64,000 bases of DNA from Podarcis tiliguerta (lineage: Eukaryota). The translations under genes were made by a program, and so were the position numbers. Below, piece after piece: positions 1 through 10,703 of this stretch. The notes under the pieces are model-generated. The model was not told the DNA's origin. It was given only the letters and a program-made list of their open reading frames with translations, and made no database searches. The stretch is from NCBI GenBank assembly GCA_965153285.1, contig OZ229115.1; one strand, 5' to 3'. The stretch's first letter is position 1. Each line of letters starts with the position of its first letter.

Positions 1-429
1 GTAATAGACACTAGAGAAATATTATTATCATTATTAAAGCCTTGAGATACATCAAGGCTTTATAGTTCACTCAAAAGCCTACACCTAAGACAAGGTGATG
101 TGGATAAGGAAGAAAATGTAAAAAAGTAAAAAATAAAATAAACATGGAGGCAGTTCATATCCAGATAGTTAAATAAAGGTTCTTCTCAAACTGGTAGGGT
201 GCTCATATGCCAATACCAAGAACAGTTCTGACTACCATCCTGTGCCCAGTAACTCAGATTGACAAGTTAAAGATATATTACTGGGCAAAAAACTGCAGCC
301 TTAATTTTTTTAATGGGGCTGACTAGTAAATGGGGCTCAACCTTTCCCGAAAGCCAGAGCTGAGGCCAAACCATGTGGGGGAAAAGGAGAGAACAGAGCA
401 ACTGCAGAGTGCATTCTCCTAACCACTGC

Positions 430-1225
430 GTGGATAACTCTGTCCAACATGCATGGATAGCTCTGCCTCCCAGGAGCTGAGTGCAACACCCACCCAGACC
501 GAGGGGGAGCGAGGAGTTGACATAACCCACATGAGTTCCATCATTCTCACCACAAGGCCAGTATGCTCTGGATCTGGATTTGAGTATTTGTTCTTGGTTC
601 TGGGCCAGAAAGACAGAATAGGTATGTTGCTGGTGAACTGCCCACAAAGCTGCTTCATTGAGCTAATGGTGAAGGCGAATTAATAAATACCCTTAGGGAC
701 ATTGTATGAACATCTTAACATAAGATAAATGCTGGTGTCCATTTCACCTTGTGTGCAGGCAAGCAAATCACTTAGCAATTGTGGCTTCCTATCTTTTGCA
801 AACACTTCAAAATAGAGAGGTATGTATCTGTCACCCGTTATGGCAGACGGCTGGTTCTCCTCCACTGCAGCTCCTTCTGGTGTCACAGCCAACAGAAGTG
901 CAACTGATGTCCCCCCTTGGAGCCATGCCTTTTCTGCAATTGTACCCTTTATATGGAATCACTTTCCTCCTGAACGTAGGCAGGCAGGCACCATCTTTTA
1001 TTCTTTTTCGGCATCTCTTTAAACCACACTTATTTAACCAGGACTCTGAAGATGTGCAATTCCACTTTTTGTTCTTACTCCCCCCCCACCGCCTACTGCA
1101 GCTGAATTTTAGCCTGCATACTGTTGTGCTTCTTAATAGTTTATCATTTTTATCTTGCTTATTTTTAATATGAACGCCACCGGGAGACTTCAGTAAAAAG
1201 GTGGTATATAAAAACATATCAAAGA
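430..1225 (+). mobile_element. Degraded L2-type LINE remnants (endonuclease piece and 3' end)
   Basis: ORF 453-683 contains FEYLFLVLGQKDRIGMLLV, resembling L2 APE endonuclease; 900-1220 resembles L2 3' coding and UTR sequence ending aaaggtggtatataaa. Confidence 0.55.
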
Positions 1226-1484
1226 AATGCATTTTTAAAATGCATAGTTTGTTCAGTTAGGCACTTTTGTAATCTGAAAGCGGCGGGTGGGGGAGTCTTT
1301 ATCTTGCCAACAGCTTAAATGTCATACAACCAAAGAGAGGGCAAGAGACCTAATTTTGCTGAAAAGAACGCAAATCTGATACAGTCTCTTGCAAAAGGCC
1401 TTTTCAAGTCTTTCAGAAGAAATTTGCTAAATGGACCCCTTTGACAACTGTTTGCCACCAAAACAAATAATATGGGGGAGTTAC

Positions 1485-1538
1485 CTTGGGCAGGCTGTCT
1501 TGCGCTGGTCCTTCTTAGCAGCTTTCCAGCTTGCTTTA
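1485..1538 (-). CDS. ITGB3BP: ITGB3BP coding exon 7 (54 nt, (I)KQAGKLLRRTSARQPAQ)
   Basis: ttttgttcctcag acceptor, GTAACT donor; phase 1 to 1; weak similarity to recalled human TKVNKQKLFEKSTGLPHK. Confidence 0.75.
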
Positions 1539-2124
1539 CTGAGGAACAAAACATATTTAGATATTGTGAGAACTCTACTCATGTGATGCTAATATAGAAA
1601 AATGGTACAAATGTGTTTTTTCTCTAACGTTCCAGGGAATTTTTCAATTAAAGAAAATACTGGATTGAATTCATAATTCCTCGAGCAGAGTTCTACTCCC
1701 AGAACAGGGCACTTCCAGATCTCTGCTCTCCCTTTCCCCTGCAAACCTTTGTACATCGGAAAAATCAGAAGAAAACAATCACCTCCCTTTTTCTCACACA
1801 CACTTCTGTAGACAAAAGTTCTGCTAAATCTTTTTGGACATGGCTAGCTGAAGAGTGCAATCCTAAACACACTTACTAGGGAGAAAGTCCCATTGAATAC
1901 AGAGGGACTTTCTTCTGAGTAAGACACACTGGATTGTTAGGCCAAATGTAAAACTAATGATACCCCTCAATACCTTCATTGAACAACAGGCTCAGGACAC
2001 ATCACTGTGGCACCTAACTTCTCACCCAAGTTGATGAGGAACCATTATTGGGAAGTCTTTTGGTTTAGTCAGTCAACCAGCTACAAATCCACCTAACACT
2101 TACCTCGTCCAGCCCACATTTTAG

Positions 2125-2340
2125 CAGCTTCTCTGCAATGTTATTATGCAGGACTTTGTCAAAAGCCTTATTGAAGATACACTACATCCACAGAATTCCC
2201 CTGATCCACCAAGCTTGTAATGCCATAAAAAAATAATAAATGAAATTGGTCCAGCATGACTTGTTTTTGAGAAGCCCACTCTGGGTCTTAGTAATCATAG
2301 CATCCTTTTCTAAGACTGATCACTTAATTATCAGTTCTAG
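2125..2340 (-). mobile_element. CR1 LINE RT fragment (degraded)
   Basis: Minus strand gives remnants of the GFLKNKSC and V-DVVYL..KAFDKV motifs of CR1 RT. Confidence 0.55.
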
Positions 2341-2748
2341 GCCAAGCAAAACACTCAAAGAGGATGTGAAACAGGCTGAAGGGCAAGAGCAAGGGCATGG
2401 TGTTGGGAGAGTCATGAGGGCCAGACAGAGACTTGGAGGGCCACATTTGGCACTTGGGCCTGACACTGCCTACTTCTGTTTTATAGCAACTTGGATATAG
2501 AGACCCGTAATATAAATTCACTTGAGTTATACCAAGAGTGATCTGTATTGTTACCACTTATCAATTATTTGTTTGCTTAATTATGTTGCTTAATATGAAG
2601 TACTCAATATGGAAACTAATCTGTATTTCTGCAATACTTAATATTTCTAGGACACCTAGGCATGCTCATGTAAAACAAAGATTAAATATGTGAAAGGATG
2701 CATATTAATTCTTTCACAAAAAGGGAAATTATGAAAAGTCCTTCTTAC

Positions 2749-2842
2749 TTAGCTTTCTGGTTTTGCTCACTTCGCCTTTCAAGTTACCAGCGGTCTCTGA
2801 AACACCGATAATATTTTCAAGCTCTCTGGTGCCCTCTAAAGC
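2749..2842 (-). CDS. ITGB3BP: ITGB3BP coding exon 6 (94 nt, ALEGTRELENIIGVSETAGNLKGEVSKTRKL)
   Basis: tttcag acceptor, GTAAGA donor; ALEGxRELENxIG is the conserved CENP-R block. Confidence 0.93.
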
Positions 2843-3894
2843 CTGAAAAAAAATATTTTCTTAAAAAAGCTGAATCTTAATGCCAAATCTTCTAACAAAA
2901 CAGAACTCTTAAAACCTCCCACTCTTTCTGCATCATTAGTTTAAATGGCTGAAAAAAAATTCTGTATTACTAACATTTGATATTAGAAATGGAACGCTTC
3001 TGTATGCACAGCACGATCAACAGGTGTGAAGTTGGAAGCCTTGTCGCATCCCCACAATCTGAGCACATTATCGCTGAAGGACACCAACAGGCAGCCACCT
3101 TACCTTTTCAGACTGTTTGCTTGCCTGAATCCTGGTCAGTTCCCCTAGTTTACCCCATGCCTTTCAATCAAAGGAAGTGTAGCCCTGACTTTGGCTTCTA
3201 GCCTGGACCACAGAATCCATCCCAGCCTACCACCTCTGCTTTCTTTCCAGCCCTTAGGACATGACCCCACCCAGGATTCAGGTACAGAGCGGTGGGCAAA
3301 ACAGGTGTCCTTAGGATACTCATAGGTGTGACCTCATGGGGCAAATAGCAGCTGAAGAGGGGCAGTTTAAACCAGGAAGCAGATATAAGGGAAAGTGTTA
3401 ACATGCTTAAAAAAAAAAAAACTGTGGGAGATGCATGATCAAACTCCACAATCACACCTAGTTTGATCCTCACAGTGGAATCAGAAAACCTTACTGGTTA
3501 CGAGGTGGAGACTGACCTACGGGAACAACAGTAGCTAATAAAAATATAGGTATTGTCAGGTGTGGGCAAACTTTTTGGCCCAGTAGGCCAATTAGTTATC
3601 TGTCCCGTGGGCTAACTTCTACCCACCTGTCAAAGTCTCTTGCATAACACTTTCCAAGTGCCCATCTGCCAGGTGGTTGTTGGATGCCTGGGGACTGCAG
3701 CGCAAGGGCTTTCTGAAGATAAGCTGCACAATCATGTTGTCAGCTGCACAGATGATGCAGCTGCATCTCTACCTGCCCCGCACATGATGTCACATATGAA
3801 AAGTAGGCTAGGGAAAACAGCCTTGCAAGCCAAATTTTATCGGTGGACCAGACGCTCCCCACCCCTGCTCTATAACGAAGATTGCAACAATTGA

Positions 3895-3896
<2 letters not shown>

Positions 3897-3935
<39 letters not shown>

Positions 3936-3936
3936 A
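3897..3936 (+). repeat. (GAAA)n microsatellite
   Basis: Seen directly. Confidence 0.95.
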
Positions 3937-3964
3937 TCAAGGATCAAGATGGGGGAGAACAGAC

Positions 3965-4043
3965 CTGTAAATTGGTTAGGTTTTGTCTGATTTTCATAAA
4001 TCTCGCCAAAGAATCTTCAACTTCAGATTGCAGTATTAATAGT
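3965..4043 (-). CDS. ITGB3BP: ITGB3BP coding exon 5 (79 nt, LLILQSEVEDSLARFMKIRQNLTNLQ, coiled coil)
   Basis: AG acceptor, GTCTGT donor; similar to recalled human FMMLLSKVEKLSEEIMEIMQNLSSIQ; phase 2 to 0. Confidence 0.9.
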
Positions 4044-4418
4044 CTTAAGGAAAGAGGGAAACAAGGAATTATTTAAATTGATGGCATAATTTCTGAAAGA
4101 AGAACAAAAATGAATAAAAACCAAGTAACAAAGTAGCTTTGCCGGCAACATCCCTCCCCTGGCTGTGAAATACTGTAACTTGTTGGTATATAACAGGTAA
4201 ATAAGTCTAGGGTTTATCGTACATCAACCAGTAGCGAAATGCATACATTTCTAGCATGTCTAATTATACTAATTTCCCATCATTATCATACCTCCTCCCT
4301 AAACTCCAGCATAGAGAGTGAGCTCCACCCATTTCCCATGGATAGTGCAAAGAAACCCATCAATACTCCTGCACAAGATTCCAGCCCAGCCCAGTCCTAC
4401 ACATGGGACTCTTTAGGA

Positions 4419-4544
4419 CAGGGTTTCCCAAACCTAGGCTGTTGGACTACAACTCCCATCATCTCTAGCTAGCAGTACCAGTGGTCAAGGATGATGGGAA
4501 TTGTAGTCCAAAAAATGGCTGGAGCATAAGTTTGGGAAGCCCTG
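4419..4544. mobile_element. hAT-type MITE (hairpin)
   Basis: TIRs cagggtttcccaaac / gtttgggaagccctg; perfect 8-bp TSD ctttagga; internal inverted ggactacaa/ttgtagtcc. Confidence 0.85.
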
Positions 4545-5149
4545 CTTTAGGAGACAGTAGAAAGCAGATCAGGAATGGAAGGGGGGGAGAGAAGTGGAAA
4601 AACCAGTAGGATCATCCAAAAGGCTAGAGAGTGCACCAGAAGCACAAGATTGCATGAATAAATAAAGCAAAAGGATGAAGGCAGCTTAACTAGCAATGTA
4701 ACCTTTTCTCTTATAGAACAGATCTTAATTGGAGTGACATAAGCCTGAAACAACTGAAGCAGTGCCGTAGTACCAGGCAGCTCATTGCATAGACAGACAA
4801 ATTGTATAGAATAAATTCTGGGGAAACTGGCTGCCATTTCTAAAATATTGTCAGGAAAATAATTAACCCCCACAAAAACAAATTCAAGCAGGTTTTGATA
4901 TTTTTTTTAGAAGAATTTTTGTGATTTTATGTTAATCTGCATTTACCTGTGTAACATTGTGATAGAAAACAAACATTTCTTAGGGTTTTTTAAAACTCAG
5001 TTTTGTTGATAATTAATAATTGCAAAAGGACTAAATAAAAATTACTCCCCAATATTGCTACAGCAGAAACAGCTTTCCCAGAGGCTCTGTTGCAATAAAA
5101 TTTGTGCCTCTCCATGCTTGGTTTAAACTATAGAATTAGGTAACATTAC

Positions 5150-5225
5150 TTTTCATAGTCTTCCATTTCAGGATGCCCCCTTCTGGGTGATCTGATTAGC
5201 AAGTTACTGCGTTTCTCTCTGTTTC
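5150..5225 (-). CDS. ITGB3BP: ITGB3BP coding exon 4 (76 nt, GNREKRSNLLIRSPRRGHPEMEDYE(K))
   Basis: cttattcctag acceptor, GTAATG donor; phase 1 to 2 exactly bridges exons 3 and 5; sequence is divergent from human. Confidence 0.8.
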
Positions 5226-7119
5226 CTAGGAATAAGACAATCAAGAAATAAGAATTAACAATATAACCATCCTGTAGCTGAAGACAAAAATCAAAACAGT
5301 ATAAAGCTTTACCATCTTCTGCACGAAAGATAAACATGAACTATTTTCTCTATTCCCACCCCCTTTTCATTACAAATGCACTGTAACCTGACATTTAATT
5401 AATTACAGCTTTTCCATTATAAACATCTTATGTTAGAAAGGAAAGCTACAAATACAAAAATAGAAATGGTAAAGTTAGTAAGTACTACTACTACTACTAA
5501 CAGATTTAAGAGGTTAAAAAATTCCCAACATTCATTTCACTCCATAGCAATGTAAGATTGTTGGCAAATGCAAGATATTATGTATTATTAATTTGGATGC
5601 TAGGTATATGAAAATATATGAAAGAACATGCTCAATAACCACAATAATTTCCATTCGAAATTATGTCTTTACTAACCAAAGTTATATAGCTGCCCCATAA
5701 TATCAAACTCACAAAAACCACAGAACAATTGAAAACACTACTCTGAAGGGTCCTACGTAGTAACATGAGAATGGTGCAAGGGACTGCTAGAGAAAAGAGT
5801 GAGCAGCAGAAAATGCCATCCTTGCCCAGTACGCTAATGGGGGCCTGCAATGGATCCCAGCGCTCCCTGCAAACAGAATGAGCCCTTCCATTTGCAGAGG
5901 GTTAGCTGCTTTGCAGTGTAATTTGCCTTAATATTGTTCTCTGTTCATCTCAATGTTCAACAAGACTATATATATATATATATATATGAATGAGATTTTA
6001 CTGGATTTTGTATTCGATCTCATTGCAAAGGCTCAAGCATAGGGGACAGACCAAAACAAAGAGTGTAAATGAAAAAGCCCTTAAGGATATGGGGATATAT
6101 GTGCGTGTGTATGTGTTTCAGGTCAAAATACCTATTCATTTACATTTACTGTAATAACAAGTGCAACTTGTATAATTGCACTTATACATCTATCAACAAT
6201 AAAGCAGTGTTAACACTGTTGCAAGATAAAAAGAAAGCATTAAATATATAGGAGACAACTCAGAATTCTAAGTCCTTACCACCATTTTGTAGCTTGGTGA
6301 AACTAGAAAAGGAAAGCTATTCCTACTTTACTGAATAATTATCCATCTAAATGTCAGCTGCGGACACGTGATCTCTCTTTTTATGTGCAAAAGGACTGTT
6401 CCCTTATGCCCATATTTAATTACAATATGGAAATATAGCACACACTCACCTTTGCCTTTGACATCCCGGCACACAGGCGTTTTACTCCTTCAGGCATTTC
6501 CCTCTTTTTTTGTCAGAAATGGCATGGTGAAAAAATCCAACAGATTTTTTTCTTGTTTCACTTTCTCCCTCCTTCCTTCCCTCCCTCCCTCACACACAAA
6601 CATAGAATCACATATGAACAGCGAAAGCAAAACTCATATAATATCATCAATAAAAGATTGGCTTGGGAAGTGGGGAGATAACAGCATTTGGAGTTTTCAA
6701 GTTGTATGTATACTTCACTGCTTTAAAATGTCAGTCAGTTTTCAGTTAACAGGGCAGAATCAGCAGAGCAAAGATGCGCTTTCACAAATGGTCATATTGT
6801 GTTTTTTCTCCTACAAGCAACTGGCTGCTTTGTGTAAAATGGCTGCATTTTGCAAAATGGCCTGTGATATGCAATCAAATACAGATAGCATCTCACTAAA
6901 AGTATCTAGACCAAGTAATATGGATTCCTAAACCAGGTCCTCTGCTTCCTCTTCTTCACCTCAACAGTAACTCCTTTCTTGTATTATTCTGTGAAATTAA
7001 ATCAAAATGCATTTCTCATCTTTTGCTAAAACAACAACACCCAAATTATTTGAGGGCAGGAGTAACAGGAAGCAGAGAGTAAGGCTAAATGGACACTTCT
7101 CCCAGCAAAGGGATATAAA

Positions 7120-7386
7120 GTTAAACTGTGGAATTAACTAGCGCAAGTAGTAACACCCACCAACTTCAAAAAAGGTTCCAAAACAGATGGAAGATAAGGT
7201 TATCAGTGGCTATATGCTACCTCCATGATCCCAGGCCCCCGGCTTCTTAATACCAGTTGCTGGAAAACAACAATGCAAATCAGATATTGTCCTGCTTTTG
7301 GCATCTGGTTGGTCACTGTGGGAAAAGGATGCTGGAAAAAAACAGGCCACTGGTCTGATCCACTAGGGCTCTTTTATTTTCTTATG
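7120..7386 (+). mobile_element. CR1 3' end remnant
   Basis: ttggtcactgtg...ggtctgatcc...ttttcttatg tail, similar to the copy at 58800-59000. Confidence 0.5.
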
Positions 7387-7867
7387 AGATAAGCGTTTTG
7401 AATTTTTTAAATGATGCCTTGTTGAACACCAAGGTGCATGGAGAACAATATTAAGGCAAATTGCACTTGATAGCCACTAGCCATCTGCGAATGGAAGGAT
7501 GCCTTCTGTTGACAGAGAGAGATGGGATCCAGTAAAGATTCCCAAGTGGAGGATCCTTCAGGACAGATTTTCCACAAGCAAAAGTGGAGGGGAGAAGAGG
7601 GAACCATACTATTCCCCTTCTGCTGGTAGAAGTGCTTCATTAGTGGAACGGATGCTCTCACCAATGATGACTTAGTTGAGATATAACCTTTGTGCTACCA
7701 TGTTCTGCAAATGTTCACTGTAAAGAACTTGCATAAGCCTGGAAAAGATTGTGCATGTATGATGATGTAGACTGATGGTAAAAGGTTAGAAGATTTGCAC
7801 AAGATCAGACACACAGACAAATTAATGCAGGGCTCAGCATTATTAAAATATTATTAGCCATCATTAC

Positions 7868-8055
7868 AGGGCTCAGTGTTAGAGCATATAATTTGAATGC
7901 AGAAGGTCCCAGGTTCAATCCTCACCATTTCTTATCAGGGCTGGGTGGGATCCCTGCTTGAAACCTTGGAGATCTGTTGCCAGTCAGTGTAGTCACCACT
8001 GAGCTAGGGGGACTGACGGTCACCCTATACACAAGGCAGCACCCTCAGTTCCATT
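7868..8055 (+). mobile_element. tRNA-derived SINE (degraded)
   Basis: A box gctcagtgttagagc and B box ggttcaatcc, followed by the squamate SINE body ccagtcagtgtag...ctgagcta. Confidence 0.65.
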
Positions 8056-8234
8056 GTACAGGGCAGGTAAGACCTTCTTTACTTTCCCCAATACAGATGT
8101 CAAACCTGTTAAATGTTATCATAGCAAGTTTCAAAGGGCAGGGAACTAGTAACAGCACAAACTCGCTGGATTAACAAACTCTGCCCACTCTACACAGAGA
8201 GAAATTTGGTTCCATTAAATTCAATGCCTGATTC

Positions 8235-9214
8235 CAGTTGTGTAGCTGGGGGGGGCGGGGCGGGTAGCACTGAGCCAGTACGTTTCCGAGCACAATTCAA
8301 AGTGTTGGTGCTGACCTTTAAAGCCCTAAACAGCCTCGGCCCAGTATACTTGAAGGAGCGTCTCCACCCTCATCGTTCAACGTGGACACTGAGGTCCAGC
8401 ACCAAGGGCCTTCTGGCGGTTCCCTCACTGCGAGAAGCAAAGTTACAGGGAACCAGGCAGAGGGCCTTCTCGGTAGTGGCACCTGCTCTGTGGAACGCCT
8501 TCCCATCAGATGTCAAAGAAAGAAACAACTATCTGACGTTTAGAAGACACCTGAAGGCAGCCTTGTTTTTAATGACTGATGTTTTAAGGTATTTTTAATC
8601 GTTGGAAGCCGCCCAGAGTGGCTGGGGAAACCCAGCCAGATGGGCGGAGTATAAATAATAAATTATAATAATTATTATTATTATATGGGCAGCAGTTACC
8701 TTGGGGGTGGCATGCCGAAGCCCAAGATCACACCCAAGTCCAGGTGCCCCAGAGCACAGCGTGCTGCTCCCCAAGGAACTGCAGCCCAGGGCTGTGCTCA
8801 CAGGGTGTTGAGCTGCTGCATTTTCCCCAGCCATCAGAGGGTGGCCGAGAAGTACACAACTGGAATGCGTTGGCCCTGCAAGCAGCACTGAGCCAGCAGC
8901 GCGCCTGAGCCATTGTGTCTCTCTTGGGAGTGGCTCGGGCACCTGTAGGCACTGTGTCGCCCAAAAAAGCAGCGTGGGGCCGGCTTCCGCCCACCACCTG
9001 CCCCTCAGCCAACCTCCAGCTGAGGGGGAAACAGCGGGCAGACTCTGTGCAGGTTCTGCGCTGCTTGAAAAAGCAACGCAGGCCCACAGGGTGCCCAAAC
9101 GGAACATGGCAGCTCGGGCACTGGGACTCTGGCAGAGCGCTCTGCCCTGCCACGCCCCCCATGTGCAGAACGCACATGCCGCCCCAGGCGCACAAGCGGC
9201 TAGCTATGCCACTG
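8235..9214. mobile_element. Non-autonomous hAT-like DNA element (GC-rich) interrupted by an L2 insertion
   Basis: Termini cagttgtgtagct / agctatgccactg; 8-bp TSD cctgattc / cttgattc. Confidence 0.7.
8273..8685 (+). mobile_element. L2-type LINE 5'-truncated 3' end
   Basis: PVRFRAQFKVLVLTFKALNSLGPVYLKERL...RAFSVVAPALWNAFP...FRRHLK is a typical L2 ORF2 C-terminus; 3' UTR and (TTA)n tail follow. Confidence 0.9.
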
Positions 9215-9452
9215 CTTGATTCTCTTCAGTGAGCAAAAGTAAGCAAAACTAGTCAGAGGAGAATTGTTGAAGAGGTTTGTGAAGGCTGCAGAAAAGTTGG
9301 ACTTTACCATAAAGATCCAAATTCATATTCGTGGGTGGGTGGGTGGAAGGAATCAGAATTACCGAGCAAGACATAAATTACTAAATCAAGAATTTGACTT
9401 GGTCAATAACCAGAAAAATTCTGCAGTAAGTAGGAGAGAATGTTCAACTAAC

Positions 9453-9588
9453 CATTTGATAGACCATTTCCATGCTCTTGTACATTATTGCTCCTGGGAG
9501 TTGAAAAAGGACTGATTGGGCACGTTCCTGTTGTTGGTGAATAAGACTTGAGATTCTTCTTACTCCTCGGCAATGGTGTTGCAGACAC
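9453..9588 (-). CDS. ITGB3BP: ITGB3BP coding exon 3 (136 nt, VSATPLPRSKKNLKSYSPTTGTCPISPFSTPRSNNVQEHGNGLSN)
   Basis: Contains the CENP-R signature YSPTTGTC and NGLSN; AG acceptor and GTTAGT donor; phase 0 to 1. Confidence 0.93.
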
Positions 9589-10129
9589 CTAAAGTATAAT
9601 AAATAATGGTAACAAAACAACCTGTACAGGATTATTATGCAGTGTAAAGCACATTCATATTTTCCTTTTCAACCTTCACAATATCCAATTCTGCCTTTTT
9701 ATTTCTAGTCAAGGCAGGCTATAGAATTCTCCTATAACAGACGTGGGGAATCATGCCTCTCGGTGCATTTTTAGGTAACCCACACACTTTAACACTTCAA
9801 AGCTCAAGTTCCTAGAACAAACTATGTTTCTAGTCCTTGTGCTGGTAACATGAGTCTCACGTTTAGTCCTTTATCCAAACAAAAAAGAATCAAATGATTT
9901 TCAAGCCCACCCATCTATTCCAAGGGACTAACACAAGATTTTAACTTTTTGTTTAACAATTCCTGATGAAGGAAAATAGCTACAACACTCAGGGCCATCT
10001 ATCACATTAGTGGAAAGAACAATCAAATTAAATGAGCAAACTACCTTTCATGTTCCAACTCAAATGGTCTTTTAGAAAGGTGGCTCTGAAAGGTGAAGCT
10101 ATATAAATAGCACAAAGCTTGCCCTATAG

Positions 10130-10267
10130 CAGGGGTGGGAGACCTCTGGCCTTCCAGATGTTGCTGAACTCCAACTCACATCAGCCTAAGTGCAAATGGC
10201 CAATGGTCAATAATTAAATAAGTTGTGATCCAAGAACATCTGGAAGACCACAGGTTCCCCATCCTTG
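10130..10267. mobile_element. hAT-type MITE
   Basis: caggggtgggaga / ttccccatccttg termini; TSD ccctatag / ccctacag. Confidence 0.75.
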
Positions 10268-10340
10268 CCCTACAGTAAAACACTGTTGCTCCTTAATACT
10301 CCGGAACCATGACTGTAAATGCTTGGAGATTCGAAATTTT

Positions 10341-10703
10341 GAGAGCGGGTGGCGCTGTGGTCTAAACCACTGAGCCTCTTGGGCTTGCTGATCAGAAGGT
10401 CGCTGGTTTGAATCCACGTGACGGGGTGAGCTCCCGTTGCTCTGTCCCAGCTTCTGCCAACCTAGCAGTTCAAAAGCATGCCAGTGCAAGTAGATAAATA
10501 GGTACCGCTGCGGCAGAAAGGTAAACAGTGTTTCCGTGCACTCTGGCTTCCATCACGGTGTTCTGTTGAGCCAGAAGCGGTTTAATAATGCTGGCCACAT
10601 GACCCAGAAAGTTGTCTGTGGACAAACGCCAGCTCCCTCGGCCTGAAGCAAGATGAGTGCCGCACTTCATAGTCGCCTTTGACCAAGGCTCCTTGACCTT
10701 TAC
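10341..10703 (+). mobile_element. Sauria SINE, near full length
   Basis: tRNA head (ggtggcgctgtggtctaaaccac...ggtttgaatcc), body aacctagcagttc...gtagataaataggtac...ggccacatgaccc, acctttac tail. Confidence 0.88.

Noticed and set aside
1406-1447. Candidate terminal ITGB3BP exon (..GVHLANFF*)
   Set aside because: It would need an intron of only about 35-45 nt with no pyrimidine tract; implausible.
6368-6931. 187-aa plus-strand ORF
   Set aside because: Non-ATG start, no recognisable homology, antisense within an ITGB3BP intron.
7868-7930. tRNA gene
   Set aside because: A and B boxes are present but there is no intact cloverleaf and it continues into a SINE body; same for the heads near 10345, 17700 and 23030.
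8595-9232. Six overlapping ORFs on both strands
   Set aside because: Artefact of a GC-rich non-autonomous DNA element.
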